Source: Eledone cirrhosa (lineage: Eukaryota). Taken from it: 64,000 bases of DNA. Below the pieces are notes generated by a model that worked only from the letters and a program-made list of their open reading frames with translations, made no database searches and was not told the DNA's origin. Shown here piece by piece: positions 1-12,909 of the stretch. A program made the translations under genes and the position numbers. The stretch is taken from the NCBI GenBank assembly GCA_964016885.1, contig OZ024763.1, positions 17,980,001 through 18,044,000 of the forward strand. The letters run 5' to 3'. Numbering within the stretch: position 1 is the stretch's first letter; each line of letters opens with the position of its first letter.

Positions 1-337
1 CATTGGATATGCAATGTTAATATGCAACAACGACGTAGCTTGGATGAACTGAGGGAGAAACTGGGTATAAGCGGAATCAGAAGTAGTGTGCAGAGGAGAC
101 TGTATTGATGTGGATATGTGATTTGCAGAGATGATGATGGCTGGGTGAAGACGTGCCAAATATTCCCATTGGAAAGCAGCCACAGTATAAGAAGATCTGG
201 ATGGAAGTGGTGAGAACTGATCTCAGATTGCTGAAGCTCACAGAAGAGATGTCAAGGAATCATGACATGTAGAGATGTTGTGTTGAGGAGGACCCATGCA
301 TGTGTGGAACAACAAATGTAAAATGATGCTGATGATG
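1..337 (+). mobile_element. Degenerate RTE 3' fragment
   Basis: Collinear similarity to 50245..50600 (tggatatgcaatgttaat, gaagtggtgagaactgatctcagattgctgaagctcac, atg tail), with stops and indels. Confidence 0.85.
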
Positions 338-351
338 TACATAGCATTGGG

Positions 352-643
352 TAAAGGGTAAAGATACCCTTCAGTCATGAATGACCATGGGCTTTGTACC
401 TAGAAAGTTCCCCTCCAAGCCACAAGTCCAGACAAGGTTGTTTGTGGAAGACCTCCACGCCTCTCCACGCCATCTATGTTGTCCAAGGGAAAGGCAAATG
501 CCGATAAAGCTTGGCACCAGTGATATTGCAACTTGTTTCTACAGCTGAGTGAACTGGAGCAACATGAAGTCCAGTTCGAGAATCGAGCTCACAACCTCCT
601 GGTTGTAAGCCAGAAGCTCTAAGCACTAAACCATGCACCTTCA
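352..643 (-). mobile_element. tRNA/CORE SINE with non-RTE tail (second copy 3925..4250)
   Basis: Minus strand: A box tggtttagtgc, B box gagctcgattc, CORE-like ttgctccagttcactcagctgtagaaa. Tail shared with 3925..4110. Confidence 0.75.
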
Positions 644-665
644 CATGGTATATATATATATATAT

Positions 666-1057
666 GGAGGCACATGGCTTAGTGGTTAGAGCATTGGCCT
701 TGCAATCGAAAGGTTGTGAGTTCAATTCTCGGACCGGGTGATGTGTTATTTCCTTGAGCAAGACACTTTATTTCACATTGCTCCAGTTCACTCAGCTGTA
801 GAAATGAGATGATAGGGACTGGCGTCCCTATCGTTCCACTGCAAAGTGGTCGTGGAGGTGCCATGGCAAAAAAGCACCCAGCACTCACTGTAAATGAGGT
901 TGGTGTTAGGAAGAGCATCCAGCTGTAGAAATCAAGCCAGAATCAGTTCTCATATGAGCAAGACAAGGTCAGCCAACCGGACACTGCCCACAAGACAACC
1001 CGTCTAACCCATGCTAGCGTGGAAGAACGGACATAAAACGGTGATGATGATGATGAT
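666..1057 (+). mobile_element. tRNA-CORE-RTE bipartite SINE
   Basis: A box TGGCTTAGTGG, B box GAGTTCAATTC, CORE-like CCTTGAGCAAGACACTTTATTTCACATTGCTCCAG..CAGCTGTAGAAATGAG, RTE 5'-UTR motif, RTE-type stem-loop tail + (GAT)n. Confidence 0.9.
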
Positions 1058-1614
1058 ATAGACATATTGTTTTTATGTCGATTTTTCCATGCTGGCATGA
1101 GTAGGACGGGATTTCTTGAGGCAATGTTTTACAGCTGGTTAACCTTTCTGCCACCAGCCCTTTTAGTTGCTTCTTACAACACACAGGAATATGGTGTGCC
1201 TATTGTAAACTGGATAGACACTTTTATGTAGGAAAATTTGTTAAGTTGTGCTTCAAATGGTCCTGTAACTTCTGAGGTGGTTGTAGGGGCACCATGGTGT
1301 TTCTAGGGCATTATAAAACCTGGCAGAGCCCATCTTCTTTCCATGTCTGAATACAGAAGATTTCTTCCAGAGAAGGAAAGAGATAACGAGGAAGAATCAA
1401 TCCTTTGGCTGGTACTTTTTTTATCAACCTCAAATGAACGGAAGGCAAAGTACTTAAAATACTAGCTAAATATTAACAAAAACCACCTGGTTTACATTGT
1501 GAAATGGTTGTGCTGGTGTAACAACAAAAGCACCCAGGCTACTCTGTAATGTTTTAGAGTTGGTGCAACATTTTATTCTATGTTGTTGTTGATGATGATG
1601 ATGTTCTATTCCAG

Positions 1615-1701
1615 TGTTATGGTCAGTTGATGTGACAGTCTCCTGTTTAGCTGTAGACCCAGACACTGCAACAATGGCTGCCTTCACTGATGACAGATGT
1701 T
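1615..1701 (+). CDS. WDR75: WDR75/UTP17 internal coding exon (gene starts upstream of window)
   Basis: ttctattccag acceptor and T|gtaagt donor, phase 1-1. Peptide LWSVDVTVSCLAVDPDTATMAAFTDDRC joins in frame to LFVFFP of the next exon, resembling the WDR75 segment recalled as W...V...DP.SENIAA...DLFVFKP. Confidence 0.8.
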
Positions 1702-2069
1702 GTAAGTACCTTCTGTTACACTCGACACTACACACACTATATACACTACTGCATACACTATACACACTACTGTATACACTATACAAATACTACTCTATAT
1801 ATTCTACACTCGAGGGGGTTATTTGGTGGGGCAGAAGGGTAGTTCCATTAATGGCTACCTTCACTGATGACATGTTATACCTTCCTCTATATCCTCTCTA
1901 CACTACACACACTATATACACTGCTGTATAACACTATACACACTACTGTATACACTATACACATGCTACTCTATATATTCTACTCTCAAGAGGGTTATTT
2001 GATGGAGTATTGTTGTACATCACCATCAGAAGGTTTTTAGATAGATACAAACAGTAAGGTTGTTGTGCT

Positions 2070-2420
2070 GGGGCAAGAATGCAAAGCACCCAGTCCACCC
2101 TGTAAAGTGGTAGTGCTGGTGCAAGAATGCAAAGCACCCAGTCCACCCTGTAAAGTGGTAGCGCTGGTGCAAGAATGCAAAGCACCCAGTCCACCCTATA
2201 AAGTGGTAGTGTTGGTGCAACACGCAAGGCACCCAGTCTACCCTGTAAATTGGTATTGCTGGTGCAACACACAAGGAAAGTGGTGGTTTTGATGCAAGAA
2301 CGCAAAGCACCCCATACTGTGAAGAAGGGGTGCTGGTACATATCATAACAAGTACCCCAATCTCCCCTGTAAAATGTTAGTGCTGGTACCGCGATGAAAG
2401 GTACTCAGTCTACCCTTTAA
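2070..2420 (-). repeat. Short array of the 48-bp family
   Basis: aaagcacccagtccaccctgtaaagtggtagtgctggtgc repeats. Confidence 0.85.
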
Positions 2421-2932
2421 CATGGAAGTTCCAGACACGTGATAAAATACTGGCTGTATTTATCATGTAAAGCTTAGCTTAAGAATCTTCACGACTTTTT
2501 GTTTGGCAAGTTTTCTACAACCAGGAGTTGTGACCAACAGATAGTATCAGCAATAGAAACAGTGTTTCCTTGGTCTGATCTGGTGATCAGCTCCTTTCTT
2601 CTGCCATGAATTGTGACTGACAGATAGTATCAGCAATGGAAGACTAATAGAAGCATTGTTTCCTTGGTCTGATCTGACGATCAATGTCTTTTTTCTGCCA
2701 GGAGTTGTAACCAACAGATAGTATCAGTAATGGAAAGACCAATGGAAACATTGTTTCATTGGTCTGATTTGATGAGTTCCACCTCACTCAGTAAGCGAAT
2801 AAGGTGTGGAATCTTGTCAGTAATTTTTTTGTCTCCCTTTCTTCGTCCAATTTGACGAGGTCCGACTTGGTAAACGAACAAGGTCTGGGATCTTACATAT
2901 TGTTTTGTTTTTTAAAGTCATGATAGGGTTAA

Positions 2933-3126
2933 CCCTTTAGCATTTAAACCAGCTATATCTGGCCAGAGTTCTTTCACATCTTTCTGTTCAATCCGGCCAT
3001 AACTCTCCCCTCCTACTGATGTTACAGTATTGTTCTCAAAATAAATAATATTAAAATCTCATAGATTCGATATTATGTGCCACAAAAATACAACAGTAAA
3101 TATAGAGTAATGTAAATGCTAAAGGG
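2933..3126. mobile_element. piggyBac-type MITE (TTAA TSD); relatives at 27096..27306, 30203..30423 and ~5570..5843
   Basis: ttaa|CCCTTTAGCATTTA ... TAAATGCTAAAGGG|ttaa. Confidence 0.8.
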
Positions 3127-3154
3127 TTAATCCTTTCTCTGTGTCCCTTTGCAG

Positions 3155-3384
3155 TGTTTGTGTTCTTCCCCAACGAGTCACAGCCAGTTTATCAGAAGAA
3201 AGACATCACAGAGAAGCCAGTTGTTTATGCTACATTTGTCCCTCACTTGTCACCAGCCACAGATCTGCCACCATCTTTACAATGGCAGAGAAACTCACAA
3301 CTTTACTTCATGGACAGCTGCCAGGAAATGTTAACGATCATTGAACAGGATAACAAATTAAATGGCTTGAAGAGGCCCAGTTCA
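3155..3384 (+). CDS. WDR75: WDR75/UTP17 coding exon
   Basis: ccctttgcag acceptor, TCA|gtaagt donor. FVFFPNESQPVYQKKDITEKPVVYATFVP...LQWQRNSQLYFMDSCQEMLTI matches recalled human WDR75 FVFKPSEPRPLYIQKGISREKVQWGVFVP...YQWLNRSQFYFLTKSQSLLTF. Confidence 0.88.
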
Positions 3385-3394
3385 GTAAGTATAT

Positions 3395-3772
3395 ATCATC
3401 ATCATCATCACCACCATCACCGTTTTACATCCGTTCTTCCACGCTAGCATGGGTTAGGCGGGTTGTCCTGTTGTGGGCAGTGTCCGGTCGGCTGAACATG
3501 TCTTGCTCATACAGCAACTGATTCTGGCTTGATTTCTACAGCAGGATGCCCTTCCTAACACCAACCTCATTTACAGTGTGGGCTGGGTGCTTTTTTGTCG
3601 TAGCACCTCCACGACCATTTTGCAGTAGGAGGGTGTGGGGGCATATTGTCTATATGCTTCAGCTTCGGCTTGTACCCGTGGGGGGACGGGTCTTCTGTAT
3701 TACTGCGTGACGCCTGAGGTCACAGTCGTGTGTCATCGCCTTTGAGATGTGTAATTGGGTAAGGTCGGTGTA
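3395..3772 (-). mobile_element. Headless non-autonomous RTE derivative (5' UTR + 3' tail)
   Basis: RTE-type tail + GGATGCCCTTCCTAACACC motif + upstream segment shared with 57070..57200 and 28930..29080. No tRNA head. Confidence 0.7.
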
Positions 3773-4274
3773 TGTATATATTTAGGCCTGGAGAGGGAAG
3801 GGCTCTGCCAGGCTTAAAATGCCCAAGAAAGGCTGTACGTCAATACGGCACCTCAACAACTCTATGAGGAGTTACAGGACTATACAATACATACATGTAT
3901 ATGTGATGTGTGTGTGTATAAAAAACGGGTAAAGACCGCCTTCGGTCACGAATGACCATAGGATTTGCACCTAGAAAGCTCTCCTCAGAGGCGCAAGTCC
4001 TGGCAAGGTTGTTTATGGAAGACCAACAGTCTCCCCTCACCATGCCACCAATGTTGTCCAAGGGAAAGGCTATAGCCGATACAGCTTGGCACCAGCGATG
4101 TCGCAACTTATTTCTACAGTTGAATAAACTGGAGCAATGTGAAATAAAGTGTCTTGCTCAAGGATGCAACGCAAAGCCCAGTCCGAGAATCCAGCTCATA
4201 ACCTTCCGATTGCAAGCCCAATGCTCTAACCTCTAAGCCATGCGCCTTCACGTGTGTGTGTGTGTATATATATC

Positions 4275-4613
4275 ATCATTTCATCATTTCATTTTACGTC
4301 CACTTTTCCCTGCTTGCAAGGGTGGGATGGGAACTGATTCTGGCTTGATTTCTACAGCTGGATGCCCTTCCTAACACCAACCTCATTTACAGTGAGTGCT
4401 GGGTGCTTTTTTGCCGTGGCACCTCCACGACCACTTTGCAGTGGAATGATAGGGACCCCAGTCCCTATCATCTCATTTCTACAGCTGAGTAAACTGGAGC
4501 AATGTGAAATAAAGTGTCTTGCTCAAGGAAACAACACAACACCCGGTCTGAGAATTGAACTCACAACCTTTCGATTGCAAGCCCAATGCTCTAACCACTA
4601 AGCCATGTGCCGC
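4275..4613 (-). mobile_element. tRNA-CORE-RTE bipartite SINE
   Basis: Near-identical to 36136..36460 on the opposite strand. Confidence 0.9.
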
Positions 4614-4749
4614 CATATATATACATATATATATATAATATATAGAGAGAGAGAGTCTCCTTAATCATTTCCCCCATAACACAATGAGTGTTTCCCTTTC
4701 TTCATCCGATAATGTGTTGTCATGGTATTAAACTAGAGACCACATAGTT

Positions 4750-4891
4750 GTGGGCTGCCTTAACGGCATTATAGGCCCCCGGGCAAAGCAGAGCACAGGG
4801 GCCCCTACCTACACAACCACTAACAGGAATAAAAATACAAATGGGGCCCCCGGGCAACTGCCCAGGGTGCCCATGCATTAAGACGGCCCTG
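4750..4891. mobile_element. GC-rich hAT-like MITE
   Basis: Imperfect TIRs gggctgccttaa / ttaagacggccctg and internal GGGGCCCC palindromes. 8-bp TSD not evident. Confidence 0.55.
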
Positions 4892-4950
4892 GTTCTAACC
4901 ATCCCTTCCCCTCATAACGCGGTCATTGAATCTTTCCTTTTCTTCATCAG

Positions 4951-5085
4951 ATGACAATTCCGGAGAATCTTCCAGAGAATGAATTCAGTTTAATTATTGG
5001 GAAACGTAGAAAAGTTGAAAGGAAACTCGTGGCAATGGAAACCTCTGCTAACCAACCTTCATATTCATCACCTTTGCTGAGAGAG
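4951..5085 (+). CDS. WDR75: WDR75/UTP17 coding exon
   Basis: ttcttcatcag acceptor, GAG|gtaggg donor, phase 0-0. ENLPENEFSLIIGKRR resembles WDR75 ESLPTTPFYFILGKHR. Confidence 0.82.
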
Positions 5086-5895
5086 GTAGGGTCTTTCTTT
5101 CATTTATTTCTATGGTTTAACCCTTTTCATACTGCTCTACCTAAATATTACCCTTACTTCTATGATACAAAACTGTTTGTTTTAAAAAGGTTTATATTTA
5201 TGTAAAAACCTTTGTCATAATTTTATGGAAGAACCTCTAAGTTATGCTACAAACACCAGCTTCATATTTAAAATGTTATATTTATGTATTTATGTTCCTA
5301 AATCTCTCCAAATTTGTTATTGTTTTTAAAATTATTTAACCCTTTCCTGGCTGAATTTCTAAAGAAATACCCTGTATAAATTGTGTGAATGTGTGTGTGT
5401 GTATAATATATATGTATGTATATATGTGTGTGTGTGTGAAAAACAAATAGAAAATAACATGCCAAATGATACAGTAGAAGGAAGATATATATTAGTTTAA
5501 TGCTTGACATAGTAAGAAAAGTGTCTTAATGTTTCGGATGCTGGTCCTTCATCAGAATAAGAAATAGATATTATTTATTTTGAGAACAATACCCTAACAT
5601 CATTATGAGTGGCCAGTTTGAACAGAAAAAAGTGAGAGAATTCTGGCCAGATATGGCCAGTTTAAATGCTAAAGGGTTATGATATTGTTGTCAAAATAAA
5701 TGTTTCTACTTTTGGCACAAGGCCAGCAAATACCAGTGCATTACTGGTACTATCAAAATCTCTTAGATTCACTAGTATATAAAATAAAGCCTTTAGTGTG
5801 AAAATACAATAGTAACTATAGAGTAATGTAAATGTTAAAGGGTTAAATAATTACTGTTTTTCTTTCATTCCCCATTTATATTTAATTAATTCCAG

Positions 5896-5981
5896 TTAAT
5901 CAACATCCCTGCCGCTGTATGTCCTCCTGTGTCATCATTTACTGGAAGGTTTCTTCGAAGTTTGCTCACTCCAAGAGATTC
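5896..5981 (+). CDS. WDR75: WDR75/UTP17 coding exon
   Basis: ttaattccag acceptor, TC|gtaagt donor. LINIPAAVCPPVSSFTGRFLRSLL matches the conserved C-terminal motif LLHTPAHVLPSAAFLCSMFVNSLL. Confidence 0.82.
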
Positions 5982-6149
5982 GTAAGTCTATTTTATTTTA
6001 TATCTTTTTAATATTTTTATTCGTTCTTCTTCTTTTGTGTTTTCTTCTTCTTTTGTCTTCTTCCTAGGAGGGTCATAGGACATCATCATCATTGTATTTA
6101 TATATATATATATACATCATCATCATCATTGTAGTTATAAATAAATATA

Positions 6150-6496
6150 CATCATCATCATCATCATCATCATTTTTCGTCCGCTTTTCCCTGCTTGCAA
6201 GGGTGGGACGGCAACTGACTCTGGCTTGATTTCTACAGCTGGATGCCCTTCCTAACACCAACTTCATTTACAGTGAGTGCTGGGTGCTTTTTTGCCGTGG
6301 CACCTCCACGATCACTTTGCAGTGGAAAGATAGGGACCAGGGTCCCTATCATCTCATTTCTACAGCTGAGTAAACTGGAGCAATGTGAAATAAAGTGTCT
6401 TGCTCAAGGAAACAACACATCACCCGGTCTGAGAATTGAACTCACAACCTTTCGATTGCAAGGCCAATGCTCTAACCACTAAGCCATGTGCCTCCA
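6150..6496 (-). mobile_element. tRNA-CORE-RTE bipartite SINE
   Basis: Same family. Tail cgtccgcttttccctgcttgcaagggtgggacgg is the reverse complement of the RTE 3' end. Confidence 0.9.
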
Positions 6497-6939
6497 TATA
6501 TACATCATCATTGTATTTATATATATATATATATATATCATCATTGTATATATATATATATACAGCATCATTGTATATATATATATACAGCGTCATCGTA
6601 TATATATATACAGCATCATCGTTTAACGTCTATCTTCCACGCTAGCATGGGTTAGACGGGAATTGTCCCACTTGAGGCAAGATTGGTCGAGTGACTGCGT
6701 CTCGCTCGTATAGGGCTGTACCTGGCAGGTTTTCTACAGTTGGATGCCCTTCCTAACACCAACCACGTTTACAGTGTGGACTGGATGTTGTGGTACCAAC
6801 ATAACTTTACAGTCCTCAAACACTCCTACCAGCACGTCCTGTCAGAAGCAACCATCTCCAGTTGATCCAGCTGGATAAAGAAATACTGTTTTATGCAGGA
6901 CATAAACAAACGTTACTGCCTAAACAATTGGTTAAATGT

Positions 6940-6975
<36 letters not shown>

Positions 6976-7254
6976 ATGTATGACAGGCTTCTGTGCAGTT
7001 TCTGTCTACCAAATTTCACTCAGCTCACAAGACATTGATCTACCCTTACTTATCATCGCCACCATTAAATGTCTATTTTCCATGCTTGCATGGGTCAGAC
7101 GGGAAGTCCCGTACTGAGGTGAGACCAGGTCATGTGATTACATCTTGTGTGTGTGTGTGCTCCTCTTTTGGCATGGGTTCTATGGCTGGATGCTTTCTCA
7201 TACTAACCACATTCCAGTATGTACTTAGTGCATGTGCCACAATAAAATGCTCCA

Positions 7255-7755
7255 TCACCTTACAGACTGAGCAAGGTGCTTTTTTTTTCGTGACACTAAT
7301 ACTACCACCTTACAGGGTTTACTGGGTGCTTTTTATCGTGTCGCCACTTTGCAGAGTGGACTGGGTGCTTTATGTCATGGCACCAGCACTACCACTCTAC
7401 AGAGTGGACTGGGTGCTTTATGTCATGGTACCAGCACTACCACTTTGCAGAGTGGACTGGGTGCTCTGTCATGGCACCAGCACTATCACTCTACAGAGTG
7501 GACTGGGTGCTTTATGTCATGGCACCAGCACTACCACTTTGCAGAGTGGACTGGGTGCTTTATGTCATGGCACCAGCACTACCACTCTGCAGAGTGGACT
7601 GGGTGCTTTATGTCATGGCACCAGCACTACCACTTTGCAGAGTGGACTGGGTGCTTTATGTCATGGCACCAGCACTACCACTCTGCAGAGTGGACTGGGT
7701 GCTTTATGTCATGGCACCAGCACTATCACTCTACAGAGTGGACTGAGTGCTTTAT
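7255..7755 (+). repeat. Array of the 48-bp family (~10 units)
   Basis: agagtggactgggtgctttatgtcatggcaccagcactaccact repeats. Confidence 0.9.
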
Positions 7756-8304
7756 CATACATAAAAACCTTCCCATGGTGCCACACATTACGAAAGACTG
7801 GTTTTGATGGGGGAGGAGTTTGTTTTCTTAGATGACTATAGATTCAATTTCTAGACAGGGCAGCACGTTGTATTTTGTGGGGGCTAAAGACTTTGTTTAA
7901 CCCTTTTATGACCAAACTGCCTCTGATTCTACAATACAAAGCTATTTCTTTAAAGTGTTTTTATTTCTCTATGAACCTTCCAACAAGATTTTATGCAAGA
8001 ACCTCTGTTAAGTTATGTTCCAAACACCAAGAAAATTAGTTATGTTCAAAATTATTTGAAGTGGGGTTAGGACAATCTAGTAGCTAAGCCTAGTGTGTAT
8101 TTTTCTGAAAATGCAGACGCATATAGAAATATATATATATATATACAGGGTGTTATTTTTGTAAGCCTTTTGTTACCAACCTGCTAAAATGGCCCCTGTT
8201 TTTATAAAATAAAATCTCCAATTTTAAAGGGTTCCAACTTAAATTAAAACCTTCTAACATGAAATTCTATATAAGAACATTTTGTTGATAATCTTAATAA
8301 TATT

Positions 8305-9295
8305 ATAATTGTTTCTACTTTTGGCACAAGGCCAGCAATTACCCCAGTGCATTACTGGTACTTTATTTTATCGACCCCGTAAGGATGAAAGGCAAAGTTA
8401 ACCTTGGCAATGTTAGTAAATGACGGTGGATTGGCAGTATCGGTAGAGGGTCAGACGCCATGCTTTGCAGCACGGAGTCACGTCCCTTTACGGACTGAGT
8501 TCAAATCCCGCCAAGGTTAACTTTGCCTTTCATCCATATGGGGTTGACAAAATAAAGTACCAGTAATATACTGGGGTAATTGCTGGCCTTCCTTGTGCTA
8601 AAAGTAGAAACAAAATAAAGTACCAGTAATGTACTGGGATGATTGATGGCCTTGTGCCAAAAGTAGAAACATTTATAATTTTAGCAAATACAGTTCTGAA
8701 GGAGCAGGGGTCGGTCACCTCCGCTGACTTGTCTAATGTGACAACCCGTCTAACCCATGCAAGTGTGGAAAATAGACATTAAGGGCTGATGAAGGTGATT
8801 AGAAATATGGGTATAAAAAGGTTAATTGTTAATTATTCTTGGGGGTGGAGGGTTCTGACCCCCATAAACATTACTACTACTACTACTAATAATAATAATT
8901 GTTTCTACTTTAGGCACAAGGCCAGTAATTACCCCAGTACATTACTGGTACTTTACTTTATCGACCCCTGTAAGGATGAAAGGCAAAATTAACCTTGGAG
9001 GGATTTGAACTCAGTCCGTAAAGGGACGTAACTCTATGCTAGAAAGCATGGCGTCTGACCCTCTACCGATACTGCCAATCTATTACTACTAATAATGATA
9101 ATAATAATTGTTTCTACTTTTGGCACAAGGCCAGCAATTACCCAGTGCATTACTGGTACTTAATTTTATCAAACCCGTAAGGATGAAAGGCAAAGTTAAC
9201 CTCGGCGAGATTTGAACTCAGAATGGCAAGGGCCGTAACTCTATGCGTCAAAGCATGGCGTCCAACCCTCTACCGATACTGCCAATTCACCGCCC
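8305..9295. mobile_element. Cluster of tRNA-derived Meta-domain-like SINEs (both orientations)
   Basis: Body GAGTTCAAATCCCGCCGAGGTTAACTTTGCCTTTCATCCTTACGGGGTCGATAAAATAAAGTACCAG and (ATT)n tail. Meta-domain assignment is from memory. Confidence 0.75.
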
Positions 9296-9699
9296 TTATA
9301 TAATGATAATAATAATAACAATGCTACTACTACTACTACTACTGTCAACCATCCTTAGTACTAACCCTGCCTGTTCAGTCAAGTTCCTTATGATCAACAC
9401 TTGGTCACCTGAGTTGACTTGCTTCATAATGTGACAACCCGTCTAAGTCATGCAAGTGTGAAGAATTGATAGGCATCTACACAGTTTCTGTCTACCAAAT
9501 CTCACTGACAGGGCATTGATCAACCCAAGGCTGCCTCTAGTACATAATACCTACCTGTGGTGACATACGGTGGGATAGAACCCTAAGCCAGGTGGTTGCA
9601 AAGCAAATTTCTTAACCACATGCTCGCACCCGCGCAACCAGTGCTACTGCCACACCTGCATTGTCATAGCTACTCCTGCGCAGGCACTGCCATAGCCAC

Positions 9700-12301
9700 A
9701 CTTGCTCAGCTGCACCTGCAGTCATAGCCACATGTACACAGCCTTACCTGTACAGTCATACCCACATGTACACAGCCTTTCCTGCACAGTCATAGCCACA
9801 TGTACACAGCCTTTCCTGCACAGTCGTAGCCACATGTACACAGCCTTTCCTGCACAGTCGTAGCCACATGTACACAGCCTTTCCTGCACAGTCATAGTCA
9901 CATCTACACAGCCTTACCTGCACTGTCATAGCCACATGTACACAGCCTTACCTGCACAGTCATAGCCACATGTACACAGCCTTACCTGCAGTCATAGCCA
10001 CATGTACACAGCCTTACCTGCACAGTCATAGCCACATGTACACAGCCTTACCTGTACAGTCATAGCCACATGTACACAACCTTACCTGCACTGTCATAGC
10101 CACATGTACATAGCCTTACCTGCACTGTCATAGCCACATGTACACAGCCTTACCTGCACTGTCATAGCCACATGTACACAGCCTTACCTGCACTGTCATA
10201 ACCACATGTACACAGCCTTACCTGCACTGTCATAACCACATGTACACAGCCTTACCTGCTCTGTCATAGCCACATGTACACAGCCTTACCTGCACTGTCA
10301 TAGCCACATGTACACAGCCTTACCTGCACTGTCGTAGCTACATGTACACAGCCTTCCCTGTACAGTCATAGCCACATGTACACAGCCTTACCTGCACTGT
10401 CGTAGCCACACGTACACAGCCTTACCTGCACTGTCATAGCCACATGTACACAGCCTTACCTGCACTGTCATAGCCACATGTACATGGCCTTACCTGCACT
10501 GTCATAGCCACATGTACACAGCTTTACCTGTAGTCATAGCCACATGTACACAGCCTTACCTGCACTGTCATAGCCACATGTACACAGCCTTACCTGCACT
10601 GTCATAGCCACATGTACACAGCCTTACCTGCACTGTCATAGCCACATGTACACAGCCTTACCTGCACTGTCATAGCCACATGTACACAGCCTTACCTGCA
10701 CTGTCATAGCCACATGTATACAGCCTTACCTGCACTGTCATAGCCACATGTACACAGCCTTACCTGCACTGTCATAGCCACATGTACACAGCCTTACCTG
10801 CACTGTCATAGCCACATGTACACAACCTTACCTGCACTGTCATAGCCACATGTACACAGCCTTACCTGCACTGTCATAGCCACATGTACACAGCCTTACC
10901 TGCACTGTCATAGCCACATGTACACAGCCTTACCTGCACTGTCATAGCCACATGTATACAGCCTTACCTGCACTGTCATAGCCACATGTACACAGCCTTA
11001 CCTGCACTGTCATAGCCACATGTACACAGCCTTACCTGCACTGTCATAGCCACATGTACACAGCCTTACCTGCACTGTCATAGCCACACTTACATAGCCT
11101 TACCTGTAGTCATAGCCACATGTACACAGCCTTACCTGTACAGTCATAGCCACATGTACACAGCCTTACCTGTACAGTCATAGCCACATGTACACAGCCT
11201 TACCTGTACAGTCATAGCCACATGTACACAGCCTTACCTGCACTGTCATAGCCACATGTACACAGCCTTACCTGCACTGTCATAGCCACATGTACACAGC
11301 CTTACCTGCAGTCGTAGCCACATGTACACAGCCTTGCCTGTACAGTCGTAGCCACATGTACACAGCCTTGCCTGTACAGTCGTAGCCACATGTACACAAC
11401 CTTACCTGCACAGTCGTAGCCACATGTACACAGCCTTACCTGCACAGTCGTAGCCACATGTACACAGCCTTACCTGCACTGTCGTAGCCACATGTACACA
11501 ACCTTACCTGCACAGTCGTAGCCACATGTACACAGCCTTACCTGCACTGTCGTAGCCACATGTACACAGCCTTACCTGCACTGTCGTAGCCACATGTACA
11601 CAACCTTACCTGCACAGTCGTAGCCACATGTACACAGCCTTGCCTGTACAGTCGTAGCCACATGTACACAGCCTTACTTGCACTGTCGTAGCCACATGTA
11701 CACAGCCTTGCCTGTACAGTCGTAGCCACATGTACACAGCCTTACCTGCACTGTCGTAGCCACATGTACACAGCCTTACCTGCACAGTCATAGCCACATG
11801 TACACAGCCTTACCTGCACTGTCATAGCCATATGTACACAGCCACACTTACACAGCCTTGCCTGTACAGTCATAGCCACATGTACACAGCCTTACCTGTA
11901 CAGTCATAGCCACATGTACACAGCCTTACCTGCACTGTCATAGCCACATGTACACAGCCTTGCCTGTACAGTCATAGCCACATGTACACAGCCTTACCTG
12001 TACAGTCATAGCCACATGTACACAGCCACACTTACACAGCCTTGCCTGTACAGTCATAGCCACATGTACACAGCCTTTCCTGTACAGTCATAGCCACATG
12101 TACACAGCCTTACCTGCACAGTCGTAGCCACATGTACACAACCTTACCTGCACTGTCATAGCCACATGTACACAGCCTTACCTGCACTGTCATAGCCACA
12201 TGTACACAGCCTTACCTGCACAGTCATAGCCACATGTACACAGCCTTGCCTGTACAGTCATAGCCACATGTACACAGCCTTACCTGTACAGACATAGCCA
12301 C
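9700..12301. repeat. 34-bp minisatellite, roughly 75 copies, in the last WDR75 intron
   Basis: Unit CACATGTACACAGCCTTACCTGCACTGTCATAGC. Confidence 0.97.
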
Positions 12302-12390
12302 AACCCTACCATAAACATGTACCAATTACTCTACACTCCACCATTCAACTAAAGTGACATCCATGTATTTCTCTCCTTTCTCTATTTCAG

Positions 12391-12400
12391 ATCACATTTA
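12391..12400 (+). CDS. WDR75: WDR75 probable terminal coding exon (..SSH*)
   Basis: Strong acceptor ttctctcctttctctatttcag just after the 34-bp array. Phase-2 join TC|A TCA CAT TAA gives a stop. No homology support because it is so short. Confidence 0.55.
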
Positions 12401-12559
12401 AATATATCAACTGACACTACTGAAACCTGACAGCAATACCAACCATTGTACATACATGAAACCTTTGAAATATAAATATATTTTAAGTCAATGGCCTTCT
12501 CCTCCACCTCCTCCTCATTTTTGTTGTTTTATTTCATTTTATTTTTATTTTTTTGTCCT

Positions 12560-12897
12560 ATTTCATCATTTCATTTTACGTCCACTTTTCCCTGCTTGCA
12601 AGGGTGGGACGGGAACTGATTGTGGCTTGATTTCTACAGCTGGATGCCCTTCCTAACACCAACCTCATTTACAGTGAGTGCTGGGTGCTTTTTTGCCGTG
12701 GCACCTACACGTCCACTTTGCAGTGGAATGATAGGGATCCCAGTCCCTATCATCTCATTTCTACAGCTGAGTAAACAGGAGCAATGTGAAATAAAGTGTC
12801 TTGCTCAAGGAAACAACACATCACCCGGTCTGAGAATTGAACTCACAACCTTTCGATTGCAAGGCCAATGCTCTAACCACTAAGCCATGTGCCTCCA
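12560..12897 (-). mobile_element. tRNA-CORE-RTE bipartite SINE
   Basis: Same family, full length. Confidence 0.9.
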
Positions 12898-12909
12898 TAT
12901 TATTTAATA

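Noticed and set aside
666-740. tRNA gene
   Set aside because: A/B boxes are present, but acceptor and anticodon stems do not pair and it continues into a CORE body. It is a SINE head.
4362-4601. Recurrent 79-aa ORF MPFLTPTSFTVSAG...
   Set aside because: Antisense translation of the SINE, repeated at every copy.
5526-5558. Minus-strand CTGATGAAGGA..TCCGAAACATT hammerhead-like motif
   Set aside because: Stem III palindrome and stem I are broken. Probably a dead Penelope relic, antisense to WDR75.
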